This document shows, one piece after another, positions 1 to 9,550 of a DNA stretch of 64,000 bases. The translations under genes were made by a program, and so were the position numbers. How positions within the stretch are numbered: the stretch's first letter is position 1; each line of letters opens with the position of its first letter. This stretch comes from Escherichia coli (lineage in GTDB: Bacteria > Pseudomonadota > Gammaproteobacteria > Enterobacterales > Enterobacteriaceae). The notes under the pieces are model-generated. The model searched no databases. It had not been told where the DNA came from and saw only the letters and a program-made list of their open reading frames with translations. The stretch lies in assembly GCF_045037415.1 (NCBI RefSeq), contig NZ_CP173438.1; one strand, 5' to 3'.

Positions 1-2
1 AA

Positions 3-722
3 GTATTACAAATTACGCGTAGTGAACTGGCAGAGTCCAGCAAACTGGCGGCGCTTGGACAGATGGCAACCGAAATTGCCCATGAACAAAATCAACCGTT
101 AGCCGCCATTCACGCACTTACTGATAACGCGCGTACTATGCTAAAAAAAGAGATGTATCCACAGGTTGAACAGAATCTGAAACACATTATTTCCGTGATT
201 GAGCGGATGACGCAGCTCATTTCCGAACTTAAAGCATTTGCCTCGCGCCATCGCGTACCTAAAGGTTCTGCCGATGTCATCAAAGTGATGTATAGCGCCG
301 TGGCGTTACTTAATCACAGCATGGAGAAAAATAACATTGAGCGACGAATAAAAGCCCCATCCATGCCGTTATTTGTCAATTGCGATGAACTCGGTCTTGA
401 ACAGATATTCAGTAATTTAATTAGCAACGCCTTAGATTCTATGGAAGGTAGCTCTTACAAACGACTGGATATCGCCATTCGCCAGGCAAATAACAAAGTT
501 ATTATTACCATTAAAGACAGCGGTGGCGGTTTTGCACCTGAAGTTGTCGATCGCATATTTGAACCATTTTTTACCACTAAACGTAGAGGAATGGGGTTGG
601 GACTGGCAATAGTCAGCGAAATTGTCCGAAATTCGAACGGCGCACTCCACGCCAGTAATCATCCTGAAGGCGGCGCAGTAATGACATTAACCTGGCCTGA
701 ATGGGGAGAAAAACATGAATAA
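3..722 (+). CDS. kguS: sensor histidine kinase, C-terminal part (5' end lies upstream of the window)
   Basis: Open frame from window edge; H-box (ATEIAHE) and HATPase_c-like C-terminus (DSGGGF, GMGLGL); 8-bp overlap with downstream response regulator; context matches the alpha-ketoglutarate utilisation island described in UPEC. Confidence 0.6.
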   Translation, partial: VLQITRSELAESSKLAALGQMATEIAHEQNQPLAAIHALTDNARTMLKKEMYPQVEQNLKHIISVIERMTQLISELKAFASRHRVPKGSADVIKVMYSAVALLNHSMEKNNIERRIKAPSMPLFVNCDELGLEQIFSNLISNALDSMEGSSYKRLDIAIRQANNKVIITIKDSGGGFAPEVVDRIFEPFFTTKRRGMGLGLAIVSEIVRNSNGALHASNHPEGGAVMTLTWPEWGEKHE

Positions 723-2073
723 TAAATTCAGTGAAATTACTATAGTTTATATTGAGGATAGTGACGATGTACGTTTTGCCTGTGAACAAACGCTCACGCT
801 GGCTGGTTATCGCGTTATTTCCTGTTGCGATGCAGAACACAGTATTCCCCTTATTCAAAGTCAGGCCAACATTATTATACTGACCGATGTCAGGTTACCT
901 GGAATATCAGGACTAGAGCTCCTCAGTTACATCAACGAAATGGATAGCAAAATTCCGGTTATTTTAATTACCGGACACGGTGACGTGGAAATGGCGGTGG
1001 ATGCCATGCGTAATGGTGCATTCGATTTCATTGAGAAACCAAGTAGCTCAGATAAATTATTGAGTATTATTGCCAGAGCGGTAGAAAAACGGCGATTGGT
1101 TTTAGAAAATCAGCAATTACTGGCGAATCTGCAACAGGAAAATGGCCCGGTGCTGATTGGTCGTAGTCCGCAGATGCAGCAACTGCGTAAAATGATCCTT
1201 AATGTCGCAGATACCGGTGCCGATGTCCTTATTTATGGTGAAACAGGTTGTGGTAAAGAAGTCGTCGCCAGAATGCTGCATCACTGGAGTACCCGCCGTC
1301 AGGGGCAGTTTGTTGCCTTAAACTGTGCAGGCTTACCAGAAACGTTGTTTGAAAGCGAAATATTTGGTCATGAGGCGGGCGCATTTACCGGTGCGGTTAA
1401 AAAGCGTATTGGAAAAATTGAACATGCAAATGGTGGTACGTTATTTCTCGATGAAATAGAGGGAATGCCATCAGGAATGCAGGTAAAACTGCTACGTGTA
1501 TTGCAGGAAAGAACCATTGAACGATTAGGTGCCAATCAATTAATTCCGGTGAATTGCCGTGTTATTGCAGCGACCAAGGAAGATTTACTGCGTCGCAGCG
1601 AAGAACATCTGTTTCGTCTCGATCTCTATTATCGTCTGAATGTGGTTAGCCTGAATATTCCACCTCTACGCCAGCGACGAGAAGATATCCCTGAACTGTT
1701 TTACTGGTTCGCCAGTCAGGCGGCACAAAAATATAATCGTCCTCTGCCTGATATTTCTCCCATGTTACTGGCCTGGTTGCAGTCACAAAGTTGGCCTGGC
1801 AATGTACGTGAACTTAAACACAATGCAGAGCGTTTTGTTCTCGGTTTACTGACCCACCACCAGCCAGTGCCAATGACTCAGCAAGAAGAGAGTGGTCTTA
1901 CCGCCTGCATTGATGCTTTCGAGAAAAAGTTAATCGAAGATATGCTGCGACAAACGGAAGGCCAGGTCAGTTTGACAGCGCGGCTATTACAGCTGCCGCG
2001 CAAGACTTTATATGACAAACTCAACAAACATCAGATTCAACCGCAAGTTTATCGACCAGAATCATCCAGCTAA
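715..2073 (+). CDS. kguR: sigma54-dependent response regulator (NtrC family: receiver + AAA+ sigma54 activator + C-terminal HTH)
   Basis: 452 aa; receiver domain, Walker A GETGCGKE, GAFTGA motif, C-terminal Fis-type HTH; not identical to ZraR. Confidence 0.65.
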   Translation: MNNKFSEITIVYIEDSDDVRFACEQTLTLAGYRVISCCDAEHSIPLIQSQANIIILTDVRLPGISGLELLSYINEMDSKIPVILITGHGDVEMAVDAMRNGAFDFIEKPSSSDKLLSIIARAVEKRRLVLENQQLLANLQQENGPVLIGRSPQMQQLRKMILNVADTGADVLIYGETGCGKEVVARMLHHWSTRRQGQFVALNCAGLPETLFESEIFGHEAGAFTGAVKKRIGKIEHANGGTLFLDEIEGMPSGMQVKLLRVLQERTIERLGANQLIPVNCRVIAATKEDLLRRSEEHLFRLDLYYRLNVVSLNIPPLRQRREDIPELFYWFASQAAQKYNRPLPDISPMLLAWLQSQSWPGNVRELKHNAERFVLGLLTHHQPVPMTQQEESGLTACIDAFEKKLIEDMLRQTEGQVSLTARLLQLPRKTLYDKLNKHQIQPQVYRPESSS

Positions 2074-3135
2074 TGCTGATTCCTGAGGATGTAACCCCAA
2101 ATCGATACCTTTGCGGGCGTAATGTTCAACTACCCAGGACCAGAATGATACCGGGATCGTAATCATCTTCGCATTGCGTTCCCGGTTGGCAGCTTCTGGC
2201 ATACCGGGGTAAATCACCGGATTGCCGCCAGGTTGAGGCTGCGTAGCTAACAGATAATCCGCAAAGAACTGCCCTTTCTCCCCTGCCAGATCGGTGAATT
2301 GATCAGGATCGATAATCAACGCAAAAAGATGATTATGCGCAGATCCATCCGTCTGATGATCTTCGGCGATCGTGTCACCACCAGATAAGATCCCCGCCAT
2401 CATTTCAATCATCAGTGCCAGGCCAAATCCTTTATGCTCACCAAATGGCAGTAACGCCCCTGGAGGATTGCTGAATAACACCCCAGGATCATTGCTTGGA
2501 TTCCCCTGTGCATCAATCAATTGTCCCGGCGCGGCCTGCTTCCCGGTGGACGACATTACCCGTGCTTTATTTAGCGCCATGCTACTGGTGGCAAAATCAA
2601 CCAGAATCGGCGGACGCCCATCACTGAACGGCCAGGCAAAGCAGAAAGGGTTAGTGGTCATACGCGGTTCCGCACCGCCCCACGGGGCGACCAGTGCAGG
2701 ACGCCCGGTGACGTTACTCATGGCCAGCATCGCCAGGCCTTGATCAGCAACCATTTGCCCGTAATGCCCCATACGCCCTAAATGATGCGCATGGCACAAC
2801 GTTAACAGGCAAAAACCGCGGTGTTTTGTTTGTTCGATGGCAGCATTTACCGCCACTTTTCCGGCGTGTTGACCAAAGCCATTGTGGGCATGAAAACGCT
2901 GTAAATTACCTTCACTTGTTAAGCATTCCGGGCGGGCATTCGCGGTTACATCGCCACGAGCGATATTTTCCAGATATTTCGGTAGCAGCGTGACGCCGTG
3001 GCTGGCAAAGCCATAACGTTCCGCTTCAATCATATGTTCCGCCACATCCTGAGCGATATCGGCATCACAGCCATTAAGTTCCAGCAGCCCGGCAGCTAAC
3101 CAACGCACTTTTTCAACAGCAATTTGTAATGACAT
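2062..3135 (-). CDS. Ldh_2 family (malate/L-lactate dehydrogenase-like) NAD(P)-dependent oxidoreductase
   Basis: ORF 2062..3273 trimmed to ATG at 3135 (MSLQIAVEKV...) preceded by GAGGA RBS; longer ORF would overlap the upstream permease. Confidence 0.6.
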   Translation of the reverse strand: MSLQIAVEKVRWLAAGLLELNGCDADIAQDVAEHMIEAERYGFASHGVTLLPKYLENIARGDVTANARPECLTSEGNLQRFHAHNGFGQHAGKVAVNAAIEQTKHRGFCLLTLCHAHHLGRMGHYGQMVADQGLAMLAMSNVTGRPALVAPWGGAEPRMTTNPFCFAWPFSDGRPPILVDFATSSMALNKARVMSSTGKQAAPGQLIDAQGNPSNDPGVLFSNPPGALLPFGEHKGFGLALMIEMMAGILSGGDTIAEDHQTDGSAHNHLFALIIDPDQFTDLAGEKGQFFADYLLATQPQPGGNPVIYPGMPEAANRERNAKMITIPVSFWSWVVEHYARKGIDLGLHPQESALAG

Positions 3136-3146
3136 CGTTGGTTTCC

Positions 3147-4646
3147 TCACATTAGACCTAAAATTTTCCACCAGGTGGCGGCAAACAGTAGCAACAACAG
3201 GTAGCCGATTACCGTCAGGTACAGTCCCACACGGGTAAACTGGCGTGGCGTGAAGGTATCCGTACCCATACACACCATATTTTGTGGCGCGTTAATCGGC
3301 AGGATGAAGCCAAAACTGACACTGAAGGCGAGCAGAATGGTCATGCCGACCGGGTTAACGCCGAGTTCTGGCGGCAGACTGCTTAACAGGCTAATCAGGA
3401 TGGGCAGCAATGCGGCAGTTAGCGCAGTGGCACTGGCAAACCCCAGGTGAATGATTATCAAGAAAGCGGCGAGAATCGCGAAGATGGCAAGTGATGGTAA
3501 ACCGTCAAGACCAAAACCTTTCACCACATAGTTCGCCATCCATGAAGCTGCCTGTGTATCAAGCAACGTGGACCCCAGGCTGATACCAATACCAAACATC
3601 AGCAACGTGCCCCACTGCACACGTTTTTCGACCTCTTTCCAGCTCATTACACCGATGCCTGGCAGCAACATAATCGCCAGTCCGGCAAGGGTGACAGAGG
3701 TGGTATCAATACTGTGTAATTTTCCGCCAGTAGACCAAAAGAGCAGTAACAACAGCGAAATACCGATCAAGCGTTTTTCTTTACCGGTGGTTGGCCCTAA
3801 CTCTGCGAGTGCTTTTTTAATGGCCTCGCTCCCCCCTTCAACAGCTTCCGTTTCTGGCGGCAACAATTTACGTGCGAGGAAATAGAGGATCACCGACATG
3901 GTGAGGCTCCAGGGCGCGCCCGCTAACAGCCAGTCAAGCCAGCTGACAGAATGCCCGGCGCCGAAAGTTTTATTGATAAAACCGATAGAAAGCAGGTTTT
4001 GCGCCGACGAAGTTTGAATACCAACGTTCCAGATACTGGTCGCCTGGGCGATAACAATCATCATTGACGCCGCTAAACGTGAATGTTTATCCACCTTAAA
4101 TGCCGCAATGACCCCCATCATAATCGGCACCACGCAAGCCGTACGGGCAGTGGCACTGGGTACGACCAGGCTCAGGACGATGGTCACCACAATGGCACCG
4201 ATAATAATGCTGCGGCTACTGGCACCTATTTTCGACATAGTAAACAGCGCAATACGTTTATCCAGCCCGGTAATGGTCATTGCCGCCGCGATAAACATTG
4301 CTGCTGCCACCAGCGCCAGAGCAGAATTAGAAAAACCCGACAGAGTCATTTTCAGCGCTTTCGCGGTGCCAAGGATCGTGTCCGGGTGATTCATATCCGG
4401 GGCAAAACCAACCATAAAGATAATCAGTGCGGAAATAACAATTGCACTGGCGGTGTAATCCATCGCTTCGCTGATCCAGACAATAATGGCAAACACCAGA
4501 ATGGCGATCATATTTTGTCCGGCGACGGGCAAGGTATCGCCCAGAGGCAGAAGAGTAATAATAATTCCGGCAATGATCGCCAACCACAGGCCGGGATTAG
4601 GGATAATTCGACGCTTTTGTGGTGCGCCATGTGATATTGATGACAT
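3147..4646 (-). CDS. anion permease (ArsB/NhaD/DASS-type), putative dicarboxylate/oxoglutarate transporter
   Basis: ~500 aa polytopic membrane protein; first gene of a 2-gene unit behind a candidate sigma54 promoter; start ATG 4646 (GTG 4652 possible). Confidence 0.6.
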   Translation of the reverse strand: MSSISHGAPQKRRIIPNPGLWLAIIAGIIITLLPLGDTLPVAGQNMIAILVFAIIVWISEAMDYTASAIVISALIIFMVGFAPDMNHPDTILGTAKALKMTLSGFSNSALALVAAAMFIAAAMTITGLDKRIALFTMSKIGASSRSIIIGAIVVTIVLSLVVPSATARTACVVPIMMGVIAAFKVDKHSRLAASMMIVIAQATSIWNVGIQTSSAQNLLSIGFINKTFGAGHSVSWLDWLLAGAPWSLTMSVILYFLARKLLPPETEAVEGGSEAIKKALAELGPTTGKEKRLIGISLLLLLFWSTGGKLHSIDTTSVTLAGLAIMLLPGIGVMSWKEVEKRVQWGTLLMFGIGISLGSTLLDTQAASWMANYVVKGFGLDGLPSLAIFAILAAFLIIIHLGFASATALTAALLPILISLLSSLPPELGVNPVGMTILLAFSVSFGFILPINAPQNMVCMGTDTFTPRQFTRVGLYLTVIGYLLLLLFAATWWKILGLM

Positions 4647-4686
4647 ATTCACCTCATTGTGAAAAATAAAAAACCTGCCTGGCTAT

Positions 4687-4702
4687 TGCAGGAGCTATGC
4701 CA
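4687..4702 (-). promoter_or_regulatory. candidate sigma54 (-24/-12) promoter for permease/Ldh_2 operon
   Basis: Minus-strand TGGCATAGCTCCTGCA (GG and GC spaced 10) about 40 bp upstream of the start codon. Confidence 0.45.
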
Positions 4703-4762
4703 TCTTTAATTTTTTAATAATGCTTTGTTATTTAATGATTTTATTATTTATTCTTTTTATTT

Positions 4763-4783
4763 TGTGCGCGGTTTTCCGCACAG
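4763..4783 (-). promoter_or_regulatory. imperfect palindrome, candidate enhancer (UAS) for the sigma54 activator
   Basis: TGTGCGCGG-TTTT-CCGCACAG about 70 bp upstream of the candidate -24/-12 element in an AT-rich region. Confidence 0.35.
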
Positions 4784-4813
4784 TAAATAAAAGGTGATTC
4801 TCTTACCACACAG

Positions 4814-4839
4814 ATAAAAAAAGGGAGCGATATGCTCCC
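4814..4839 (-). terminator. rho-independent terminator after sucD-like gene
   Basis: Minus-strand hairpin GGGAGC-ATAT-CGCTCCC followed by T7 tract, 20 bp after the stop. Confidence 0.6.
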
Positions 4840-4857
4840 TTGATATTCATTTATGGA

Positions 4858-5730
4858 TTACTTAATAACATTCCATAACGTTTCGCCAAGCAACGCCGGG
4901 TTTCTTGTCCATGCCATGCCTGCTTTATCGAACGCACGGAATTTATCCTCTGCACTGCCGCTACCGCCAGAAATAATGGCTCCGGCGTGTCCCATGCGTT
5001 TTCCTTTTGGTGCAGTAACACCGGCAATATAACCTACGACCGGTTTATTCATATCATGGCGAATAAATTCCGCGGCCCGTTCTTCCGCATTACCACCAAT
5101 TTCACCGATCATAATTACCGCGTCTGTTTGCGGATCATTTTCGAATAAACGCAGCGCATCAATAAAGTTAGTCCCCGGAACCGGATCGCCGCCAATACCA
5201 ATACAGGTGGATTGCCCAAGTCCCAGCGCCGTGGTTTGCGCTACAGCTTCGTAGGTTAATGTACCGGAGCGGGAAACAATCCCAATACGCCCTGGGCGGT
5301 GGATTTCACCAGGCATAATCCCGATTTTGCACTCACCCGGCGTGATAACTCCTGGGCAGTTTGGCCCAATCAGCCGCACATCCGGGTGGCAGTCAAGCAG
5401 CCGACGAACTTTCACCATATCCAGTGTCGGTACACCTTCAGTGATCACCACAACCAATTTGACGCCAGCTTCAATAGCCTCAACAACAGAATCCAGCACA
5501 AACGGTGCAGGCACATAAATCACGCTGGCATCGGCCTCAGTTTGTCGCATCGCATCTTTCATTGAATCAAAAACCGGGCGATCCAGATGCCGTTGCCCGC
5601 CCTTACCAGGCGTCACTCCACCCACAATCTGCGTGCCATACGCAATAGCCTGCTCTGTATGAAATGTGCCGTTTTTGCCGGTAATGCCCTGCACCAGTAC
5701 CCGCGTGTGTTTGTTGATCAAAACGCTCAT
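4858..5730 (-). CDS. succinyl-CoA synthetase alpha subunit paralog (SucD-like)
   Basis: 290 aa, strongly SucD-like (CoA-binding GxTG, GHAGA phospho-His region). Confidence 0.85.
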   Translation of the reverse strand: MSVLINKHTRVLVQGITGKNGTFHTEQAIAYGTQIVGGVTPGKGGQRHLDRPVFDSMKDAMRQTEADASVIYVPAPFVLDSVVEAIEAGVKLVVVITEGVPTLDMVKVRRLLDCHPDVRLIGPNCPGVITPGECKIGIMPGEIHRPGRIGIVSRSGTLTYEAVAQTTALGLGQSTCIGIGGDPVPGTNFIDALRLFENDPQTDAVIMIGEIGGNAEERAAEFIRHDMNKPVVGYIAGVTAPKGKRMGHAGAIISGGSGSAEDKFRAFDKAGMAWTRNPALLGETLWNVIK

Positions 5731-5742
5731 CTTAACCTCCTG

Positions 5743-6912
5743 TTAATTCAGTAACGCAATGATGCGTTTCGCGGCATCATCCAGAGAATCGACGGCTTCC
5801 ACCGTCAGACCACTTTCTGCCAGTAACCGCTGCCCTTCGGCGGCGTTATTACCGGAGAGACGCACCACGACAGGCAGGGTGATGCTGGCCTCATTCAGAG
5901 CATGAATAATGGCTCTGGCGATCATGTCGCAACGGACAATCCCACCAAAAATATTAACCAGAATGGCTTTCACTTTGCTGTCGGAAACAATCAGCCGAAA
6001 GGCTTCACTGACGCGCTCCTGGGTTGCGCCACCGCCAACATCCAGGAAGTTTGCGGGTTGTTCACCGTATAGCTTGATGATGTCCATGGTTGCCATAGCC
6101 AGCCCTGCACCATTGACCATGCAGCCGATATTTCCGTCCAGCGAGACATAATTAAGATCAAGCTTCGCTGCCTGGCTTTCGCGTGGATCTTCCTGGGTTT
6201 CATCACGTAGCACCTGGAGTTCCGGGTGACGATACAGCGCGTTATCATCCAGCGATACTTTCGCGTCTGCACACATAAATTCGCCCGTTTCCCGCAACAC
6301 CAGAGGGTTAATTTCCAGCAGGGCAAAATCCAGTTCGTTAAAGGCTTTCCACGCCTGATTAACCAGGCGACTAAAGGCAGCAAATAGTCCGTGTTCCAGT
6401 TGCAGAACAGCAAACATTTCGCGGATATGGCAAGGCTGCACGCCTGTCAGTGGATCAATGCTGACACTGCTGATTTTCTCCGGTGTCTCATGGGCGACTT
6501 TTTCAATTTCCACACCACCTTCCGGGCTGACAATAAACGTGACCCGCTGGCTTTCACGATCCACCACCATGCCAAAATAGAGTTCCTGGCGTACCGGATA
6601 AATGTTTTCGCACAGTAAAATACTGCTGACATACTGTCCTTCTGGCCCGGTCTGATAAGTCACCAGTTGCGATCCCAACATTTGCTGTACAAAAGCCTGT
6701 GCTTCCGGCAGCTGCTTAAGCACTTTTACGCCGCCAGCTTTACCGCGCCCACCAGCATGTACCTGCGCTTTAAGTACCGCGCCTTTACTCGGGCAAGCAA
6801 TATGTTGCCAGGCATCTGCCAGTTGCGAAATCTGTTGGATAGCTATCTCTTTTGGACACGGCATCCCCATGCCAGCCAGTAACGATTTGGCCTGATACTC
6901 ATGTAAATTCAT
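5743..6912 (-). CDS. succinyl-CoA synthetase beta subunit paralog (SucC-like)
   Basis: 389 aa, ATP-grasp N-terminus MNLHEYQAK..., SucC-like throughout. Confidence 0.85.
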   Translation of the reverse strand: MNLHEYQAKSLLAGMGMPCPKEIAIQQISQLADAWQHIACPSKGAVLKAQVHAGGRGKAGGVKVLKQLPEAQAFVQQMLGSQLVTYQTGPEGQYVSSILLCENIYPVRQELYFGMVVDRESQRVTFIVSPEGGVEIEKVAHETPEKISSVSIDPLTGVQPCHIREMFAVLQLEHGLFAAFSRLVNQAWKAFNELDFALLEINPLVLRETGEFMCADAKVSLDDNALYRHPELQVLRDETQEDPRESQAAKLDLNYVSLDGNIGCMVNGAGLAMATMDIIKLYGEQPANFLDVGGGATQERVSEAFRLIVSDSKVKAILVNIFGGIVRCDMIARAIIHALNEASITLPVVVRLSGNNAAEGQRLLAESGLTVEAVDSLDDAAKRIIALLN

Positions 6913-6933
6913 ATATTCCCTCAGTGGTGTGTG

Positions 6934-8352
6934 TTATCCGTGTAATGCTTTATTATTCAAGGCCATTGCTGCTTCGTGGATGACTTCGCTTAATGTCGGA
7001 TGCGCATGGATCGCACAGGCAATATCCTCGCCAGAGGCGCTAAAAGTCATCGCCAGCGCAATTTCATTAATCAGCTCCGATGCCTGCGGGCCAACAATCG
7101 CTCCGCCAAGTACGCGGTCAGTGTGTTTATCACTGTATAACGTGCAACGCCCACCTTCCTGGCCTAATGCTAAGGCGCGACCGTTACCGGCAAACAGAGA
7201 ATTTCCTTTGTTAAAGACTCTGCCAGCGGCTTTCAGTGAGGCCTCGTTTTCCCCTACCCACGCAACTTCCGGTTGGGTGTAAATCACCGAAGGGATCAGC
7301 GCAAAATTAATCGGCTCTACCACCAGTCCGGCAATTTGATCAGCCACCACTACACCTTCAGCCATCGCTTTATGCGCCAGCATCGGCCCTCGCACGACAT
7401 CACCAATTGCCCACAGCCCGGCTTTCCCGGTACGGCATAAGTTATCGACGGCAATACCGCCACGGTTATCGGCTTCAAGACCGAGTTGCACGAGATCGAC
7501 ACCAGAAAGTCGCGGTACACGTCCAATGGCAAGAATTAATTTATCGAAGCGGCTTTCTTCTCGCTTCTCACCCTGCCGCCAGCGCACATGCACACCGTCA
7601 TCCCGTTGTTCAATAGCCTCAATCTCTACTGCCAGTTGCATTTTCATCCCACTGGCAATCATTGCTTTACGGACTTCGTTCGACAGGCGAGCTTCCAGTG
7701 CAGGCAAGAACGTTGGCGCCATCTCCAGCAACGTGACGTCTGAACCAACCCGATTCCACACAGACCCCAGTTCAAGGCCAATCACGCCAGCGCCGATCAC
7801 ACCGAGACGCGGCGGCACTTCGCTCAATGCCAGGGCGCCACGATTGTCGAGGATCTGTTGATTATCAATGGTAACGCCAGGCAGCTGACGCGGCTGAGAA
7901 CCTGTTGCAATCACTACATTACGGGCGTGAAGGTGTTGATCGTTTACACGTAATTGCCAAATCTCATCCTGAGCACATTCTAACGTTGCGAGGCCGCACA
8001 GGTGCTTCACTTTATTTTTCTTAAACAGCAAGCTGATGCCCATTGTCAGGCGGCTTACTATGGCGTCTTTACGTTGAATCATCGCAGCTGCATTGAAAGA
8101 TACGCCGTCAACATTAACGCCATGAATGCTCGCCTCATGCTGCACTTGCGCGTACAGTTCGGAAGATTGCAGCAACGATTTTGACGGAATACAGCCGACA
8201 TTGAGACACGTACCGCCCGGCGAAGGTTCGCCCTGTGCATTAACACCATCATCAATACATACTACGGAAAGCCCATTCTGCGCAGCCCGCAGTGCCGCTA
8301 CGTAACCACCTGGCCCCCCCCCCATAACTGCCACATCAAAAATTGTACTCAT
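6934..8352 (-). CDS. dihydrolipoyl dehydrogenase (E3) paralog
   Basis: 472 aa; FAD GGGPGGY motif, redox-active CxxxxC (GGTCLNVGCIPSK). Confidence 0.85.
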   Translation of the reverse strand: MSTIFDVAVMGGGPGGYVAALRAAQNGLSVVCIDDGVNAQGEPSPGGTCLNVGCIPSKSLLQSSELYAQVQHEASIHGVNVDGVSFNAAAMIQRKDAIVSRLTMGISLLFKKNKVKHLCGLATLECAQDEIWQLRVNDQHLHARNVVIATGSQPRQLPGVTIDNQQILDNRGALALSEVPPRLGVIGAGVIGLELGSVWNRVGSDVTLLEMAPTFLPALEARLSNEVRKAMIASGMKMQLAVEIEAIEQRDDGVHVRWRQGEKREESRFDKLILAIGRVPRLSGVDLVQLGLEADNRGGIAVDNLCRTGKAGLWAIGDVVRGPMLAHKAMAEGVVVADQIAGLVVEPINFALIPSVIYTQPEVAWVGENEASLKAAGRVFNKGNSLFAGNGRALALGQEGGRCTLYSDKHTDRVLGGAIVGPQASELINEIALAMTFSASGEDIACAIHAHPTLSEVIHEAAMALNNKALHG

Positions 8353-8363
8353 CGGCGCCCTCC

Positions 8364-9518
8364 TTAAAGATCCAGCAACAGTTGTTCCGGTGATTCCAGT
8401 AGCTCACGTATTGCCACCAATGTATGCACGGCTTCCTGACCATCGATAATGCGATGGTCATAGCTGAGAGCAAGGTACATCATGGGACGAATAACAACCT
8501 GACCGTTTTCTGCGACCGGGCGCGGCGTGATGGCATGCATCCCAAGAATGGCCGACTGCGGCGGGTTAATGATTGGCGTTGACATCATCGAACCAAAAGT
8601 ACCGCCGTTGGTGATAGAGAACGTGCCGCCCTGTAACGCCTCCAGCGGCAATTTGCCATTGCGTGCCTGTGTGGCGTATTCGGCAATTTGCCGTTCAATT
8701 TCCACCAAAGAGAGTGATTGCGCATTGCGTAACACAGGCACTACCAGGCCGCGGTTGCTGCTCACTGCAATGCCGATATCGCAATAATCACGCCAGATAA
8801 TCTCGTTGCCATCGACGCTGGCATTCACTACAGGGAAGCGCTCCAGCGCCCGGGTAACGGCCTTAACAAAGAAGGACATAAAGCCCAGCTTCACGCCGTG
8901 CTTCTCGGCAAAACGATCTTTCCAGCGGGCGCGTAAGTCCATCACGCTCTGCATGTTTACTTCGTTGAATGTGGTAAGAATGGCGTTATTTTGTTGGGAA
9001 GCCAGCAGACGCTCAGCAATTCGCTGACGTAAGCGCGACATCGGCTCACGACGTTCCTGACGAGCACCCGGTGTCAAGGGTTTAGCTGGCGCGATCTCCG
9101 CCACCCGTTCAGGCTGAATGGCTGGTGCAGGAGTAACGCGCTGCACATCCTCTTTCAGGATACGTCCATTTCTCCCGCTCCCCGCAACGTCAGCAAGTTC
9201 GACACCACTACGCTGTGCCTCCAGCCGTGCGGAAGGCATCGCCAGGGTTTCGGTGACTGGTGTGACGGTTTCTTCTATGACAGCTTGCGGCTTAAGATGC
9301 GCCAACAGTTGCGCGGACGTGACCGTGCTACCTTCGCTGACGATAATATTGCTTAACACGCCATCGTGCGGGGCCGGTATTTCCAGAATGACTTTATCGG
9401 TTTCCAGCTCGGCAATCACATCATCGCGTTTTACGTGCTCGCCTTCTTGTTTACACCAGGTTGTCAGCGTGCCTTCCGTGACAGATTCCGGTAATACAGG
9501 GACAGTAATTTCGATCAT
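8364..9518 (-). CDS. dihydrolipoyllysine succinyltransferase (E2) paralog (SucB-like)
   Basis: 384 aa; lipoyl domain (ETDKV), catalytic domain with DHRxxDG motif. Confidence 0.85.
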   Translation of the reverse strand: MIEITVPVLPESVTEGTLTTWCKQEGEHVKRDDVIAELETDKVILEIPAPHDGVLSNIIVSEGSTVTSAQLLAHLKPQAVIEETVTPVTETLAMPSARLEAQRSGVELADVAGSGRNGRILKEDVQRVTPAPAIQPERVAEIAPAKPLTPGARQERREPMSRLRQRIAERLLASQQNNAILTTFNEVNMQSVMDLRARWKDRFAEKHGVKLGFMSFFVKAVTRALERFPVVNASVDGNEIIWRDYCDIGIAVSSNRGLVVPVLRNAQSLSLVEIERQIAEYATQARNGKLPLEALQGGTFSITNGGTFGSMMSTPIINPPQSAILGMHAITPRPVAENGQVVIRPMMYLALSYDHRIIDGQEAVHTLVAIRELLESPEQLLLDL

Positions 9519-9550
9519 AAAATGTTCTCCTTATTATTTTTGTGCGCCTT

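Noticed and set aside
63-2073. Calling the two-component system zraS/zraR (hydHG)
   Set aside because: The regulator sequence differs from ZraR as recalled and the context (paralogous suc operon, tyrB flank) fits the KguS/KguR island rather than the zraP-zraSR locus.
2062-3273. Long N-terminal extensions proposed by the ORF finder (Ldh_2 gene, sucA-like, plsB, ubiC, malK, malF, pspG, zur, sorC, dnaB, tyrB)
   Set aside because: Extensions overlap upstream genes or lack RBS; internal starts with RBS that match known protein N-termini were used instead.
4083-4634. 183-aa plus-strand ORF (His/Asn-rich) inside the permease gene
   Set aside because: Lies entirely antisense within a well-supported membrane-protein CDS and has low-complexity composition; treated as a spurious antisense ORF.
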